Of a DNA stretch of 64,000 nt, positions 13,553 to 27,931 are shown in pieces. Under the pieces are notes generated by a model. It saw nothing but the letters and a program-made list of their open reading frames with translations, ran no database searches and was not told the DNA's origin. Each line of letters starts with the position of its first letter. The stretch's first letter is position 1. This DNA is from Felis catus. Lineage: Eukaryota. The stretch covers positions 18,974,001-19,038,000 of the forward strand of contig NC_058368.1 in NCBI RefSeq assembly GCF_018350175.1. The letters are read 5' to 3'. Position numbers and translations under genes: made by a program.

Positions 13553-14224
13553 ATTACCTCGAGGTGGAGCTGGGAGGAGATGACTGAGTATGACAGAATA
13601 TGACGGAACCTTTTGAACTTATTGAAATATTATATATCTTGACTCTGGTGGAGGTTGTAGCTTTTCACAGTTACCAAAACTTAAAAACTTGTACACCTAA
13701 AATGTGTGAATCTTGCTGTATATAAATGACACCTCAACAAACCTGACTGTAACAAAAAAGGTAATTAAAGCAGTTCTAATTGGCCACAAATTAAGCCACA
13801 GGAGAATTTGAGTACGTCCTAAGAAAAAGAAAAATAAACCTATCCTTTGAAGAAAAATATCCTTTGAAGAAAAATAACTTGTGCAAGTGTCCAGAGCAGT
13901 CATTTATGAGAGCAACAGAAATGTAGCCTGAAAGTAGAGAATGTTTTCCCTCCTTCTTCTATTCTGGCATTGACTCACCATTTTCTTCTCAGTGCCTCCT
14001 TGAAATGCACTTTCTAGAACACTGTACCTTTGGCAAGAGAGAGCAAATCAACTGAAATAGGTCCTGATATACACCAGTGACTTCTTCCTAAATGCCTCAT
14101 GAAATTCCACACTAATTAACTCAATAAGCCTTCCATGAAAAGAAAAAACAAAATTATTCAATATTTCAATTATCAATTGCTGCATAACAGATCGCCCCAA
14201 AAAAGTGGCTTAAAACAACAGTTT

Positions 14225-14445
14225 AGGGGCGCCTGGGTGGCGCAGTCGGTTAAGCGTCCGACTTCAGCCGGGTCACGATCTCGCGGTCCGTGAGTTCGAG
14301 CCCCGCGTCAGGCTCTGGGCTGATGGCTCGGAGCCTGGAGCCTGTTTTCGATTCTGTGTCTCCCTCTCTCTCTGCCCCTCCCCCGTTCATGCTCTGTCTC
14401 TCTCTGTCCCAAAAATAAAAAAAAATAAAAAAAATAAAAAAACAA
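14225..14445 (+). mobile_element. Young felid SINE
   Basis: Head GGGGCGCCTGGGTGGCGCAGTCGG, (CT)n, A tail, flanking CAACAGTTTA repeat. Confidence 0.88.
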
Positions 14446-14912
14446 CACAACAGTTTATTCTCTCTCACGGTTCTGTGGCTCCCTGGGCTCAGCCGGTGGT
14501 TTCTACTTGGGGTCTGTCATGTGGTTGCAGTCAGAGAGCAGCTAGTTTGGATTGGATGTCCCAGATGTTTTTTTTTTTTTTTTAATTTAAATGTTTGTTT
14601 GTTTGTTTATTTATTTAGAGAGAGAGCGAGAGAGAGAGTGCAAGGGGGGAGGGGCAGAGAGAGAGGGAGACACAGACTCTGAGCTGTCAGCACAGAGCCA
14701 ATGCAGGGCTTGAGCTCACAAATCATGAGATTATGACCTGAATTGAAGTCGGATGCTTAACTGAGCCACCCAGGCATCCTTGCCCCAGATGGTTTTTTTT
14801 TTTTTTTATTCACATAGCTGATGGTGCAGCTGGGATGGCTGGAAGAAACAGGGCCTGGCTGAGTAATATTCTCTCTGTTTCTCTCTCGCTTGCTCTCTCT
14901 CCCCATGGCCTC

Positions 14913-15495
14913 TGAAGTGTAGCAGAATATGCTACCCTAAAATATGCCACTTCAGTATAAAGATTATCTTGAGCTGTGGACACTTAAGAAGCAAATCCAA
15001 GTGGAGCTCTCTACCTTCCCCCTATTTGCCTAAAAACAGGGCATAAATTTGTGAAGGTGTTCCCCCTTCCTTCTCTCCTGGGAAGGACAAAAGTTAATCA
15101 CTGAATACAACCCTAGACCCTGTCAGCCCAGAGGTGACGCTGAAGAAATCCACATAACTGACTGTACTCACTAGCCCTTATCTTACGTTAGCTCCCTCAT
15201 GTATTTGCCTTTTTATGATTTGCTGGCCTAGAAAGGCCTAGTCCTTTGCCTTGGTGTTGTCACTTCTCTGAAAGCGTACTGCTGTTTTGTTAACATGCTA
15301 CCTAAGCCCAAATTCTAACCACACCTTTGAGTTACTCACCTCTGAGGGCTCCCATGTGTATGTGTAGTATACACATTAATAAACTTCTATTTGTTTTTGT
15401 CTTCTTAACCTGTCTGTTATCACTCTAATTTACAGGGTCCCAGCCATTGAACCTAAGATGAGTAGAGGGAGAAGAGATCTTTTTCCTCCCCTACC
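14913..15495 (+). mobile_element. ERV1-type solo LTR nested in an older MaLR-like element
   Basis: Starts TG, ends CTAC(C), 4-bp TSD CCTC, AATAAA near 15378. Confidence 0.65.
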
Positions 15496-18400
15496 CCTCT
15501 CTACCTGGCTAGCTTGGTCTTCCTTGCAGCATGGCATCTTAGAGTATTTGAGTTTTTCACAGAGAAACATGCTTGCCTTACAGTGTGTGTTCCAAGAGAC
15601 CCAGGCTAACTCTGCACAACTTTTTAGTACCTAGCATTGGAAATTACATAGTATCACTTCTGTGACATTCTGTTGGTAAGAAAAGAGTTGCAGGGCCACC
15701 CGATTCTAAGGAAGGGAACTATACTTACCTTTGAATACCAGGAGTGGCTCATTGGGATCACCTTTGGGGACTTGCTTCCACCTCCTGACAAACTTTTAAT
15801 TAAGTCCATTCATTTTATCAGCCTACTCTGCTGTCCTGTTTAGTCTTTTTTTTTTTTTAATTTCCAACCATCTTGATTTTTTTTAAGTTTTATTTATTTA
15901 TTTTGAGAGAGAGAGGGACAGACAGTGCGAGCAGGGGAGGAGCAGAGAGAGGAAGAGAGAGAGAATCCCAAGCATGCTCTATGCTGTCAGTGCAGAGCCC
16001 GATGTGGGGCTTGAACCCACAAACCATGAGATCACGACCTGAGCCGAAGTCAACAGGCAGAGGCTCAACCGACTGAGCCACCCAGGTGCCCCCTGATGGT
16101 CTTCTAAGAACTTCATATTTCAGTTTATATAAAATTTTACAATGAACGATCACATACATTATTTAATTTGATTACTGTGGTAATAATTGAGGCAGGCAGG
16201 GCAAGGGTTTTATGCCCAGTGTTCTAATGGGAAAAATGAGCCTCAGAGAAGTTAGGGGACTCACCCGAAGTCACATGACTAGTAACTGCCAGCCCGGAGC
16301 CTGCTGACTAACCAGGGCTCTTGGCTGGCTCTCATGCCTGCTTAATGGCATGTTTGTGTTCCTTTGGTATCTTTCCAGCCTGAATGTCAAAGTCCACTTG
16401 ACAACATCCAGGTGCTGGTGTCAGCAAAGCCATGCTTCTGAGATTAGTGTGGTAAGACAAATTTTATTTTTTTTTAATTGTTAAAAAATTTTTAATGTTT
16501 ATTTATTTTTGAGAGAGAGACACAGAGCAAGAGCGGGGGAGGGGCAGAGAGAGAGAGGGAGACACAGAATCGGAAGCAGGCTCCAGGCTCTGAGCTGTCA
16601 GCCCAGAGCCTGATGCGGGACTTGAACCCACGAATCACGAGATCATGACCTGAGCCGAAGTCGCTCAACCAGCTGGGCCACCCAGGTGCCCCTGTGTGGT
16701 AAGACAAATTTTAAAAAAGCAAAGGAAATTTTAGGGACCTATCCACTAGAGACTATCCATTTTAATGAAAATGTACTTCAGATGAAGATTGTAGGTGTTG
16801 ATTGTGCTATTTAAAAGAAAAGGCTTCTTGATTTTGATTTTGTAAAATATGAGATAACCCTTTTGAAAAAAGTAGCAGTAAGTTTGCCATTATGCACTAA
16901 TGTTAGAGCTGATGCCAAAGTAACCTAAAATAATACATAGACAAGTCATGAGTGCTCAAAGGGTAGTAAAGAAAATATTCTGCCTTTTGAGGTTTCAAAT
17001 ATTTGTATTGGTGATATTGTTTAGTGTTGGTGGTTGACAAGGCCAAGCAAATGTCAAAGTCAACAAAAAAAGGATATCCTGTTACATGTTACAGAGTTAA
17101 CTTCATTACCTCCTTAATACCTGGAGACAGGCTGAGACAGGGCCCGGTACTATAATCAGATAAAACTATTTGAAATGTGCCATGAGACATAGACCACTCA
17201 CAAAATTCTCATAATTAGAGAAAAATAAACTCTAATACACATATTTATACTCTTCATAATTTTCCCAAGAAATTGAAAGTATAGAAATGGAGAATAAAGC
17301 AGTCACACTTAAAACTCTATAGCTCAGGGTATGCCTGGCTGGCTTAGTCGTAGAGCATACGACTCTTGATCTTGGGGTGTAAATTCAAGCCCCATGTTGA
17401 ATGTAGAGATTAGTTAAAAATAAAATCTTAAAAAAGCAACAACTCTGTAGCTCAGGTATAATAGATGCAGCGGAATATAACGGTTCTGGGATGGGCAGAG
17501 TGAGGGATTAGGCTCTGCCCCTTTCTTTGGGACCTTGGGCAAGTTTTCTTACCCTCTTTGGGCCTCAGGTGCCTTATCTGTGGAAAGGGAATAATAATAG
17601 CATCTACCTTCAAGGTGGCTGTGAGGATCAAGTGGGTTAAAATGTGTATAAGTGCTTATAACAGTGCCTAGCACACAGTAAGCACTCCAGAAGTATTTGC
17701 TACTCTCACAGTAAAATTTGAAAAGTAATATCCTTTGAAAACTTAAAAAGCAAAGAAGCTGTGCAGAAGACAAGTCTTGAAGGCGTTTTGTTTTGTGTTT
17801 GTTTTGTTTTTTTGTTTTTTTTTAAAGTAATTTATGCCCAATGTGGGCCTCAAACTCACCACCCCAAGATCAAGAGTTGCAGGCTCTACCAACTGAGCCA
17901 GCCAGGCACCCTGACAATTTTTTAAATGAACTTTCTATGTTTAAATAATTGTAGACATAGTGAAAAAATTGTAAGAACACTACAAATATTTCCCTTATGT
18001 CATTAACCCAGACTACCCAAATGTTAACAATTTATCACATTTGTTTTTATCATTCTCGTTCTGTCACTTACTATTTTTTCACAAAACACTTGAAAATCTA
18101 TTACAGAGACACTTTGCTTTACGTCTACATAATTTGGGGGTATATTTCCTTAAAAAGACATTCTCTTTACATAAGGACAGTACAATTTTGAAGTTAGGAA
18201 ATTAACATCAATACAATACCATAATTCAATCTACAGACCTTATTTAAATTCTATCAACTGTCACAGTGATGTCCTTTATAACAAAAGAGAAAGAAACTCT
18301 TTCTGGCCCAGGACCTGATCAGAAGTCACAGGTGGCATTTAATTCCATGCCTCTTCGTCTACTTTGATGCAGTTAAGTTCTTCAGTCCATCTTTGTCCTT

Positions 18401-21400
18401 CATGACGCTGACTTTTTTAAAATTGTAGTTGATACACAATGTTAGAGTAGTTTCTGGTGTTTGACCTTGACAGTTTTGAAGAGTTCAGGCCAGTTATTTT
18501 GTAGCGCACCTCAATTTTTTTTTGTTTCCTAATGATCAGATATAAGTTATTAGTTTCTTAGCGGGAGAACCGCAGAAGTGAAGTTGTAGTGTTCACTGTG
18601 CGTTATATCAAGAGGCATCAGTGTTTATCTGTCCCATTACTAGTTCTGTTAAAAATGAACAGCTGGATGGGATGCCTGGGTGTCTCAGTCGATTTAGTGG
18701 CCGACTTCAGCTCAGGTCATGATCTCGTGGTTCCTGAGTTCAAGCGTCAGGCTCTGTGCTGACAGCTCGGAACCTGGAGTCTGCTTTGGATTCTGTGTCT
18801 CCCTCTCTCTCTGTTCCTCCCCTGCACACGCTCTGTCTCTCTTGCTCAAAAATAAAAAAAGTTACAAAATTTTTTTAAAAAAATGAACAGCTGGATTAAG
18901 AGGTACATAGGGAAAGGTCTAGAAGGGTCCTGAGCACAGGAACTTTTGTCCCATTGGCTTGGAGTGTGCCACCCTCCTGGCACATAGATGTGTTTGCCAA
19001 GTCTGAAGCTCCTGCAGAAAACCATTTTGATTGAAGATGTTAAACTATCTAGAAGTCTAATTAGCACTGTTCTTTATAAGGATGTCTTCTGATTTCAAAT
19101 GTAGCACTCCTAGAGAACACCAAAGGCATTTTTTGAGCAATTACCACTTCTGGACTTAACAGTGAACTCTCATGAGTCAACTCATACCAGAGAGTCCAGG
19201 GAGAATATATGGTTATTGTTGTTAAGAATTTTAATACATTAACACATACAGGTGATGAAGAAAAGGGAATGAAATAATTTTAAGGAATAAGGAGAATATT
19301 CTTTCCAGCCAACATATGGTGCTGCAGATCTCTGGAATCTATGATTCAAAGGCAGAAATCTAAGTAAAAATATTACTAATGTTGTGTTTTATTTTTTATT
19401 TTTATTTTTTAAAGTTTATTTGAGAGAGGGACGGAGCAGTGGGGAGCGTGTGAGTGGGGGAGGGGCAGAGAGAGAGAGGCACTGTCAGCACAGAGCCTGA
19501 TGTGGGGCTTGCTCTGTCTCAAGAACCATGAGATTATGACCCGAACCAAACCAAGAGTTGGACACTCAACTGACTGTGGCACCCAGGCACCCTGCATTCA
19601 GCTGTATTTTAAAGCAGTATGTACACTTAGCATTGGATGTTGAGAAGACCTCTTAAAATATTCTGAATTACAGCACATCCTTGGACAAGGCCAGCCTGAG
19701 AGTTTAGGAAGGGTCATATCCTGAGACATAGATAGATATTCTTGGTTCTCAGCAATACGAGGGCAGACAGGAAGGTCCAGGGAGGAGAATTAGACCTTCC
19801 TCAGGTGTCATAGAGGTACAGAAGGGAAAGGATTGACCCAGCTACCAAATGCAGTATTTGAGGCCTATGCTTACAGCTAACTAGAGTACAGAATGGTAAT
19901 TATATTTATTGTCATAACACACACACACACACTCCTCCCAAATTTTATATATCTAAAGTGCTCTGATTCCAAAGCACTCTGAATAAATGATCATTGAGGT
20001 TTTTTAGCTAATGAGTTGGAAGTGGAATTCAATGACTAGTGGTTCAGTAAGCTGAAAAACAATGTTGGACATAATATTAGTTATACCAAGATATTAAAAG
20101 CAGGTGGAATTACCCAAAGTTACAAAATAGCAGCAAAGATATTTAAATAGCAGGTCAGCTTCATGGTAAAGGCGATTTCACCCCCTCATAATGCACTTAC
20201 TTCCCATGCTATCAAATGTACCCCAGATTCATTTCATACATTATTTAACTACTGTGATAATTCTAAGGAACACCTTAGATCTAAGTAAATAATACATCGT
20301 TGAAAAACTTAGAAATACTCTGCCAGTCTGCTCTTTGCTACGGATCTGTTCATGCTGGTGGACCACAACCGGGCAAATAGAGAAGCCACTTGTCTCCGGC
20401 GGGACAGGGAAACACAAAGGTCAGGTCACAGCTTCTGTGGCTGCTTGCCTGTGCCTTCATCAAAGTGTTTGCTGCTAGTTTTATTCCATTCTCCATCACA
20501 CTTGCTCTGTCTGTATACACTTCATATGCAATCAAGTTTCATTTATTTATTAAAAAAATGTGTTAATGTTTATTCATCTTTGAGAGAGAGACAAAGTGCG
20601 AGGAGGGGAGGGGCGGACAGAGAGGAAGACACAGAACCTAAAGCAGGGTCCAGGCTCTGAGCTGTCAGCACAGAGCCAGACGTGGGCCTCGAACTCACGA
20701 AACATGAGATCATGACCTGAGCCGAAGTCAGATGCTCAACCGACTGAGCCACCGAGGTGCCCCTCAAGTTTCATTTATATTGTGAATTACTTTTCAGTCA
20801 CTAGCATTACCTGTATATGTGATTCGTTTTCCAATAAATATGTTGCTTTGTTGTCCATTATATACCAGTATTTGCTGATACCAATGTATTTATTTTTTAG
20901 CGATAGATTTTATATTTTATCTTCAGCGTTGGTAGATGTTACTAAATATCCAGAATTTATGATTCCATCTATCAATAAAAGAGGGTTATTTTACGTGCAA
21001 TGCTTCAGTGTAAAAGAGTGCATAAGCCTTTTTCCAACAAAACTAGGAGGTACCATATGTATCTGCAATATGGTAACTGGTGATAATAACAACACTAACT
21101 GCCATCACTGAGCACCAAACAATCTATAGGTCTCATTTAATTTTCTGAGTGACATCAGGATTATCCAACACAAGGTAATTATGTGCCACGGCAGAGGGAT
21201 GGCACCATGTAAGAAGGAGTCCAGGAAGAGTCGATCAATATTTGGAACTCCAACCAGCCAGGCTGGCAGTGGTATTGGTTGGTACATTAGGATTGTTCCT
21301 TGTGAAATATGCCTGCAGAATAAATCCACTTATCCAGCACTTTTAGCCAGTCATTTCCACTTACTTGTGATCCCACCAGCAAAAGTAGCAAATTATTATG

Positions 21401-22390
21401 AACACCTTTGCCAAGACGATGTACTGGCTGAAAGTTCAGAGGAGAAATGAGCCTAGCTCATTTGGGGCATAGCTTGTCATGACGTTCCCCGATTTGGGTG
21501 CAGGATGGGTGGGTGTGTATGGCAGAATGTCAGATGTAATATTTCCCTTCTTTTTTCATAGTTGAGGGAAGAGCTCTTTTGTTACCACACCTTCCTCAAT
21601 AGGAAATTTTTATTTTTCCCTACTATATAAGTGTATTTCCAGCTAATCTAGGCTATAAACCTAGTCAAATAACAGTATCAAACACAGCCTAAAATAGATG
21701 AATGTAAGTGTTTATATAAAATAAATGTAGATATGTGGTATTAGTATAAACATGTAATACTTAACTATGTGAAAATCAAGTTTTGGTCTTAGAATACAAA
21801 GATGAGTAAGACTTCATCCATGCGTCCAGGGGCTGGTGACCTGGTCAGACTCACAGATAGGTTAACAGATAGTGCAACGGTATTTACAAGGCATTACGTT
21901 CAAAGCTGCACAGTCACGGGTGGGGGGGTGTGCGGGGGGGGGGGCTGTGGGGGCGCAGGTGGAGGAGCTCCTGGGTCACGGTCGCCTCTTCACTAGGTCT
22001 TTAGTGCCCAAAGCTGAAGGACAGTGTAAGGTGGGAGGGGCAGGGAGGCACCTGCAGCAGGACACGTATGGGAAACGGGACAGAAGAGGAAGTGGTTTTG
22101 TGCCCTTCGGCTCAGACTGTCTAGATGCTTTGCTTTTCCCTCTCTCTGTAAAGTGATTCATTCTCAATAGATTTATGTGTAAAATTGCTTTGGATCTTAA
22201 GTTTATGAAAGAGCAGGATCATGTCATTCTAACATGGATTGTGCGGCATAAGACATAGAACCACAATGAAACGGTGCTTAGCAAATAATTTCTGGAGATG
22301 ACAGAAATGTTTCCAGGCAGAACTGTCCTCAGCCCAAATTCTGAAGCATCTGAAAATTCCTTGGTTGCCCCACTCCCACCCCTTGCCTTT

Positions 22391-22395
<5 letters not shown>

Positions 22396-22439
<44 letters not shown>

Positions 22440-22451
22440 CACACACACACA
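22396..22451. repeat. (TA)n/(CA)n microsatellite
   Basis: Directly visible at a SINE tail. Confidence 0.95.
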
Positions 22452-23093
22452 TGTATTTATTTTTGATAGAGACAAGTGGGGGAGGGGCAGAGATAGAAGG
22501 AGACCCAGAATCCGAAGCAGGCTCCAGGCTCCGAGCTGTCAGCTCAGAGCCCGACCTGGGGCTCAAACTCACAAACCCTGAGATCATGACCTGAGCTGAA
22601 GTCGGATGCTTAACCGACTGAGCCACCCAGGTGCCCCCCCACCCCTTGCATTCTGTCCCTGGGGCTGTGTCTATGCTGCCTTCCGCTCCTCAGAGCCTCC
22701 CTGCTCTGGGCTTCACCCAGGCCTGGCACTCTGGCTAAGCCTCTCAAAATTAGGCTTCTTCTCTCCTCACCTACCTGTCAAACTGCCTCTCTCTCATTTA
22801 TGCCCCAGAAGGACAGCTATATAATTCGACTAACTTACACCAATGGATGAAAGCCCAAATTGCGGTTTATTATAAAGCCGTTGCAAGGAAATTTAATTTT
22901 TAAAAGAAGAGCTTTTACATCCCAATAAACAAAGACTGTAGCTCCAGATGAGATGGCCTTTGTTTTTGCTTTCCTGGCCCTCTCAAATTCTGTCCTAGGG
23001 AAAGGGCCTCGCTGCCCTTGGGATGTATTTGTAAGGCTCAAGTGCCCTCTGGAGGCAGAAATAATCTCATGCTACATAAAACATTTATGCCCT

Positions 23094-23262
23094 GGTGTGG
23101 GTGTGGGTGTGTATGTGGTGCTGTGTGTGTGGAGGTGTATTTGTGTGGTGTGTGGTATTGTGGGGGGGGGGGTGTATGTGAGTATGTGGTCAGTGTGCGT
23201 TGGTGGGCATCTATATTTGGTATGTGGTGTATGTGTGGTATGGTGTGTGGTGTGTGAATGTA
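23094..23262. repeat. Degenerate TG/TGG-rich low-complexity tract
   Basis: Directly visible. Confidence 0.85.
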
Positions 23263-26175
23263 CATCCCCACCCAAGACTTACAACTGATTGGCATATGAT
23301 CTGGGGGGTTCCCTCCTACCTCCACCTCCCGTTCTAGGCCCCCAGTCCAAGCCACCATCGTCCTGGGCTTTGACCATTTTAAGTCACCTAACGGGCCCCC
23401 TTCCTGTCACTCTCACTCTCCCGCAATTTCTTCCCTACCCAGCCACCAAAGCGATCATTAATAACTTAATTCAGACCATCTTTTTCACCTGTTTCAAATC
23501 CTGAACTGGCTTCCCATTGCACTTTGACTATTTTTCCCCCAGAGGGTAAGATTTCCCTTCATTGTCACATCAGTCTGACAAATAAACCTAACACAGCCCG
23601 GAACACTGAGCAGGTCGAGCGCCAACGCAGAGGCCTGCCAACAGCAGGAGAGAGGAATCCAGTCTGTCTCCACGTCCCCAGCCTGGAAAGATAATTCTAT
23701 TGGACAAGAGCGAGGGCAGCTGACAAACACAGTAATGCGCTCTGTAGACATTTCGAGCGGAGGAATAGAAAAGCTTCCCAGGCGGATTCTGTGCAGGGCA
23801 AGGAAATGGGTCTAAGTGCCCTGAATGCCCAGCTCTTGCCTATGGCTCCCACCTCCTGCCCCAACTCTCTCCTCCCCTCACTCACTGCATGCCAGCAACT
23901 TGGGCCTGTTCTTCACAGGCACAACACAGCTTTGCTCTAGGATGTTTAGCTTTGGCACGGAATATCCTTTTACCCGGAACATTCTTCTCGAAGGTTGTCC
24001 CATGATTGCCTCCTTCACCTCTTTCCAACTTCACTCCACAGCCACCTTGTCAGTAGCGCCACATCGACTGAAGCCAGCCTTCCCACTCCAGCATGTTCCC
24101 ACTCCATCGTGTTGCCCGGTTTCACTGCCTTCCTAGTGCTCATCACCTTCTGAAACGATCTCCTTTCATCCACTCGACACATTCACTGAGTGCCTACAGT
24201 AGGCTCTGCCTCATGCGGTGGGGCTACATCAGGGCCAAACAGAGAAGCCCTGCCTCGTGGAATATACACATCTTGTAACCCTTTTGTTTACTTATTTATT
24301 GTCAGCCTCCCCAACTAGAATATAAGCTGAGAGCAGAGACCCTGGGATTTATTCTTAGAGTCTAAAACTGCCTAGCACATCATTCATGGTCAATCAATAT
24401 GGGTTGAAGGAATAAAATGTTTAGATTTTTATTAGGGTACACGGACAACATTTTAAATTCCTATCATTGTGGCAAATTTAATTCATTCAATTAGTATTTA
24501 ACTATAAAAATAAGGCAGGGACACCTCGGTTAAGTGTCTGTTGATTTTGGCTCAGGTCATGATCTCACAGTTCATGAGTTTGAGCCCCGCACCGGATTCT
24601 GTGCTGACAGCACAGAGTCTGGGATTCTCTCCGTCTCCCTCTGCCTCTCCCCTTGCTTGTGCATGCCCTAACTTGCACTCTCTCTAAATAAATAAACATT
24701 AAAAAAATAAGGCAAACAAGAAACCTAAGAAACCAACGACCTATAATAATTGTTAGCACTTACTGACCACTTACTATGTGTCGGGCACTGTAGCAAGTGC
24801 TTTATATTTTTTGCCTCATCTTACCTTAACAAAATTCCACGACACAGCTAGGATTGTTCTCCCCTTTTGTAAGATGAGGAATTTGGGGCTTAAAGAAGCT
24901 GTCCACCATCACAAAGCCATCGAATGAGAGCCAGTCTTCAAGGACAGAACAGTCTGGCTCCATAGTCCATGCCTTCAACCTCCTCTCTGCTCTACACCGT
25001 CCACATTTGCATCACAAAGAATGTCTATTCACTGGCTCCCCCTACCACCCTCTGAATAAACTCAACACTCTTAGCAGGGCGTATGGGACCCTCGGAGATC
25101 AGCCCTGCTCCTTGCTAGCCTCTTCTGTTACCCTCACCTCCTATCCTGCACTGAACCATCGGGGCTCCTAGACTGCCATGCTCTTTCTCCTTTCTTTTCT
25201 TATAATTGTATGGTTTGTTCCCTCCTTTGAAACTCCTACTCATAACTCCTTCTCATACTTTAAGACTCAGCCATTACCTCCTCCAAATATGGCCTTCCTG
25301 GTTCCCTGGGCTTGGTTATGTGCCCTTTCCCTGTTGCTCCCTGGCATTCTGAACATGCCTCTACAACACTCAGCCTTCCCTCGCTGCAGTCCCAGCTGTT
25401 TGGGAGATGAAGCTTCCCTCTTCGCCTCTAAATTTTCAGTGCTTAGCACAAAGCTTGGAACAGAGATGTTGGCTAAATGCTTTGAATGATGGTTATTCAT
25501 TTGGGGATTGGCTGAATGCCATGTTTTAGTATTTTACACACGGCAGGGAAAGAATCCCATTATAAAGAGAGGGTTGGGGCGCCTGGGTGGCTCAGTTGGT
25601 TGAGCGTCCGACTTCAGCTTAGGTCACGATCTCATGATTCGTGAGTTCGAGCCCCACGTCGGGCTCTGCGCTGACAGCTCAGGGCCTGGAGCCTGCTTCG
25701 GATTCTGTGTCTCCGTCTCTCTCTCTGCCCCTCCCCCACTCACATTCTGTCTCTCTTTGTCTCTCAAAAATAAATAAATGCTAAAAAAAAGTTTTTTTAA
25801 AGAGAGGGTTAGAACGTGACATGTGGAAGTCTTCATTGGTGAGATCACATGGGCATTGGGGATAGTGGGGATGGGGTAGTACACAGAGCATCAGTGGTAG
25901 AACCATATCTCTCCCTCATTCTCACCCCAGAAGATTTATTCTAATCATCCAGCTGGAAAAATAGATGCTGGGATTTTCCCCTCAGGCCATCTGACTCCAG
26001 AGCCTCCAATAATCTCTAGGCTATGTTGCCTCAAATATACTGGGCCTTCCAAAGAATGGGTGCATCCCTTGATTTATCCTTTCAGTGGTTGTATCTGTTT
26101 TTCCAGAACAATTTTCTAAAAGCACTTTTTATTTTTGCTTTTTAAATTAAGTTTAAAAAAAATTGAACCCAGGCA

Positions 26176-26317
26176 TCTTTTTCTCCTCCTCCTTGTCCTC
26201 ATCGTCCTCCTCTTCCTTCTTTCTCCTTCTCTTTCTCCTCCTTGTCCTCATCATCCTCTTCTTCCTTCTTTCTCCTCCTCCTCGCCCTCCTCCTCCTCCC
26301 TCTCCCTCTCCTCTTTG
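26176..26317. repeat. Degenerate (CCT)n polypyrimidine tract
   Basis: Directly visible. Confidence 0.85.
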
Positions 26318-27893
26318 TGATGCAAATGTGAAACTTCCTTAAAGTTTATTTATTTATTTTGAGCGAGAAAGAGAGCCCACGCACATATGAGTGGGGGAGG
26401 GGAAGAGAGAGAGAATCCCAAGCAGGCTCCACACCACCAGCACGGAGCTGGGATGGGCCTGGAACCCACAATCTCTGAGGTCATGACCTGAGCCGAAGTC
26501 AGATGCTTCACCAGCTGAGCCACCCAGGTGCCCCTAAAAGCACTTTTTAAATGTTTACAAATGACTAAGTGTCTAGTGATGGGTGCACAGAAAGATGAAA
26601 TGATGTACCCGAGTGTATACACTACTGATAATAGAGCAATTTGCCTCTAGACTCTTAGACTATCTTGTCTTAAAAACAACTCAGCCATTCATTCAATTAC
26701 TCGTTCTACAAATATTTATCGAGTGCCACAGCATGCCGGCTATTGTTCGAGACCAGCAATGTTCAATAAAACTGTCAGTGATATTGAAATGTTCCTTATC
26801 TATCTTGCCCAATATAGAGGCCACTAGGCACATGTGGGTATTAAGTACTTCAATGTGGCGGGTGCGACTGAGGCCATGAATTTACTTTATTTCATTGTGA
26901 GTTCAAGTTAAGTAGCCACATGTAGCGACAGGGTGCCGAAAGGGACAGTATCATTCTAGATGCTAGAGAAATCAGTTAAAAGCAAAGATCCTCGATCTTG
27001 CCGAGTTTACATTTTGGGGTGAGGGTAGAGGTGAGGAGGGAAAGAGAAAGACAGTGAACAAGAGACATAATAAATCAGTATATGGTATAGCATATACAGT
27101 GCAGTATAGAGGAGCTGGCTTGCATTTTAAAGCAGAGTGGTCACATCAGTCTTAGAACTTCCTGATCCTTTGGTTAGGATAATTAGGTCTGATCCAATTT
27201 CAGCTCCCATCTCTCTCCTTCTCTCCTCCCCTTCCTCTTCAGAGTTCAGCTCCCCAGAGATGAGGCAGGAAGGCGACAGAAAAGGCAGGCTTGTCTTTTG
27301 AACTGGCCTTGCTCTGGGTCCAGCTGATGCTGCTGATCTCTGCCCGGGGGAGGGCCCTTCAGGGAAAGTGGGGTGGGGTTCTCTAGGGGATAGTGTGCAG
27401 GTTTCGTCTGGCCCCCTCCAAGGTGGAGCACCCCCTCAGACAAGGGCGGCCATACTTCCCTTCTGCTGCCGTTAGCCTACCCCCAACGCCTCCTTCAGGT
27501 GATGTGTTACCCCCTTTGGCTCCCTGGGCAGCCTTTCTGTAACCATATTCTCCTTCATATGCGGCCAGGGGGATGGCTGAGAACCCCGATGTCCTTCACC
27601 AGGCCACTATCCCTGCAAACCAGCTGGCCAAGCCTCCCTACCTTCAGAAATCTCTCTATGAGAAATAGGCATCAGTCCTTATGTCTGTGAGACTTGTACA
27701 CTCCTGCTGCCCCAGGACACACAGCAAGCCCTTCCGAGACTCCCTCGTCATGCTCACCTCTGCTTGGACAGTAACTGCACCATGGAGGGTACAGACTTGA
27801 CAGCTCACAAGCCACCAGCTGGGGGAGAACTAAATATATTCCCTTCCGTTTTTTAAAATGTTATTTACTGTTTTTTAAATCTATCTATCTATC

Positions 27894-27931
<38 letters not shown>

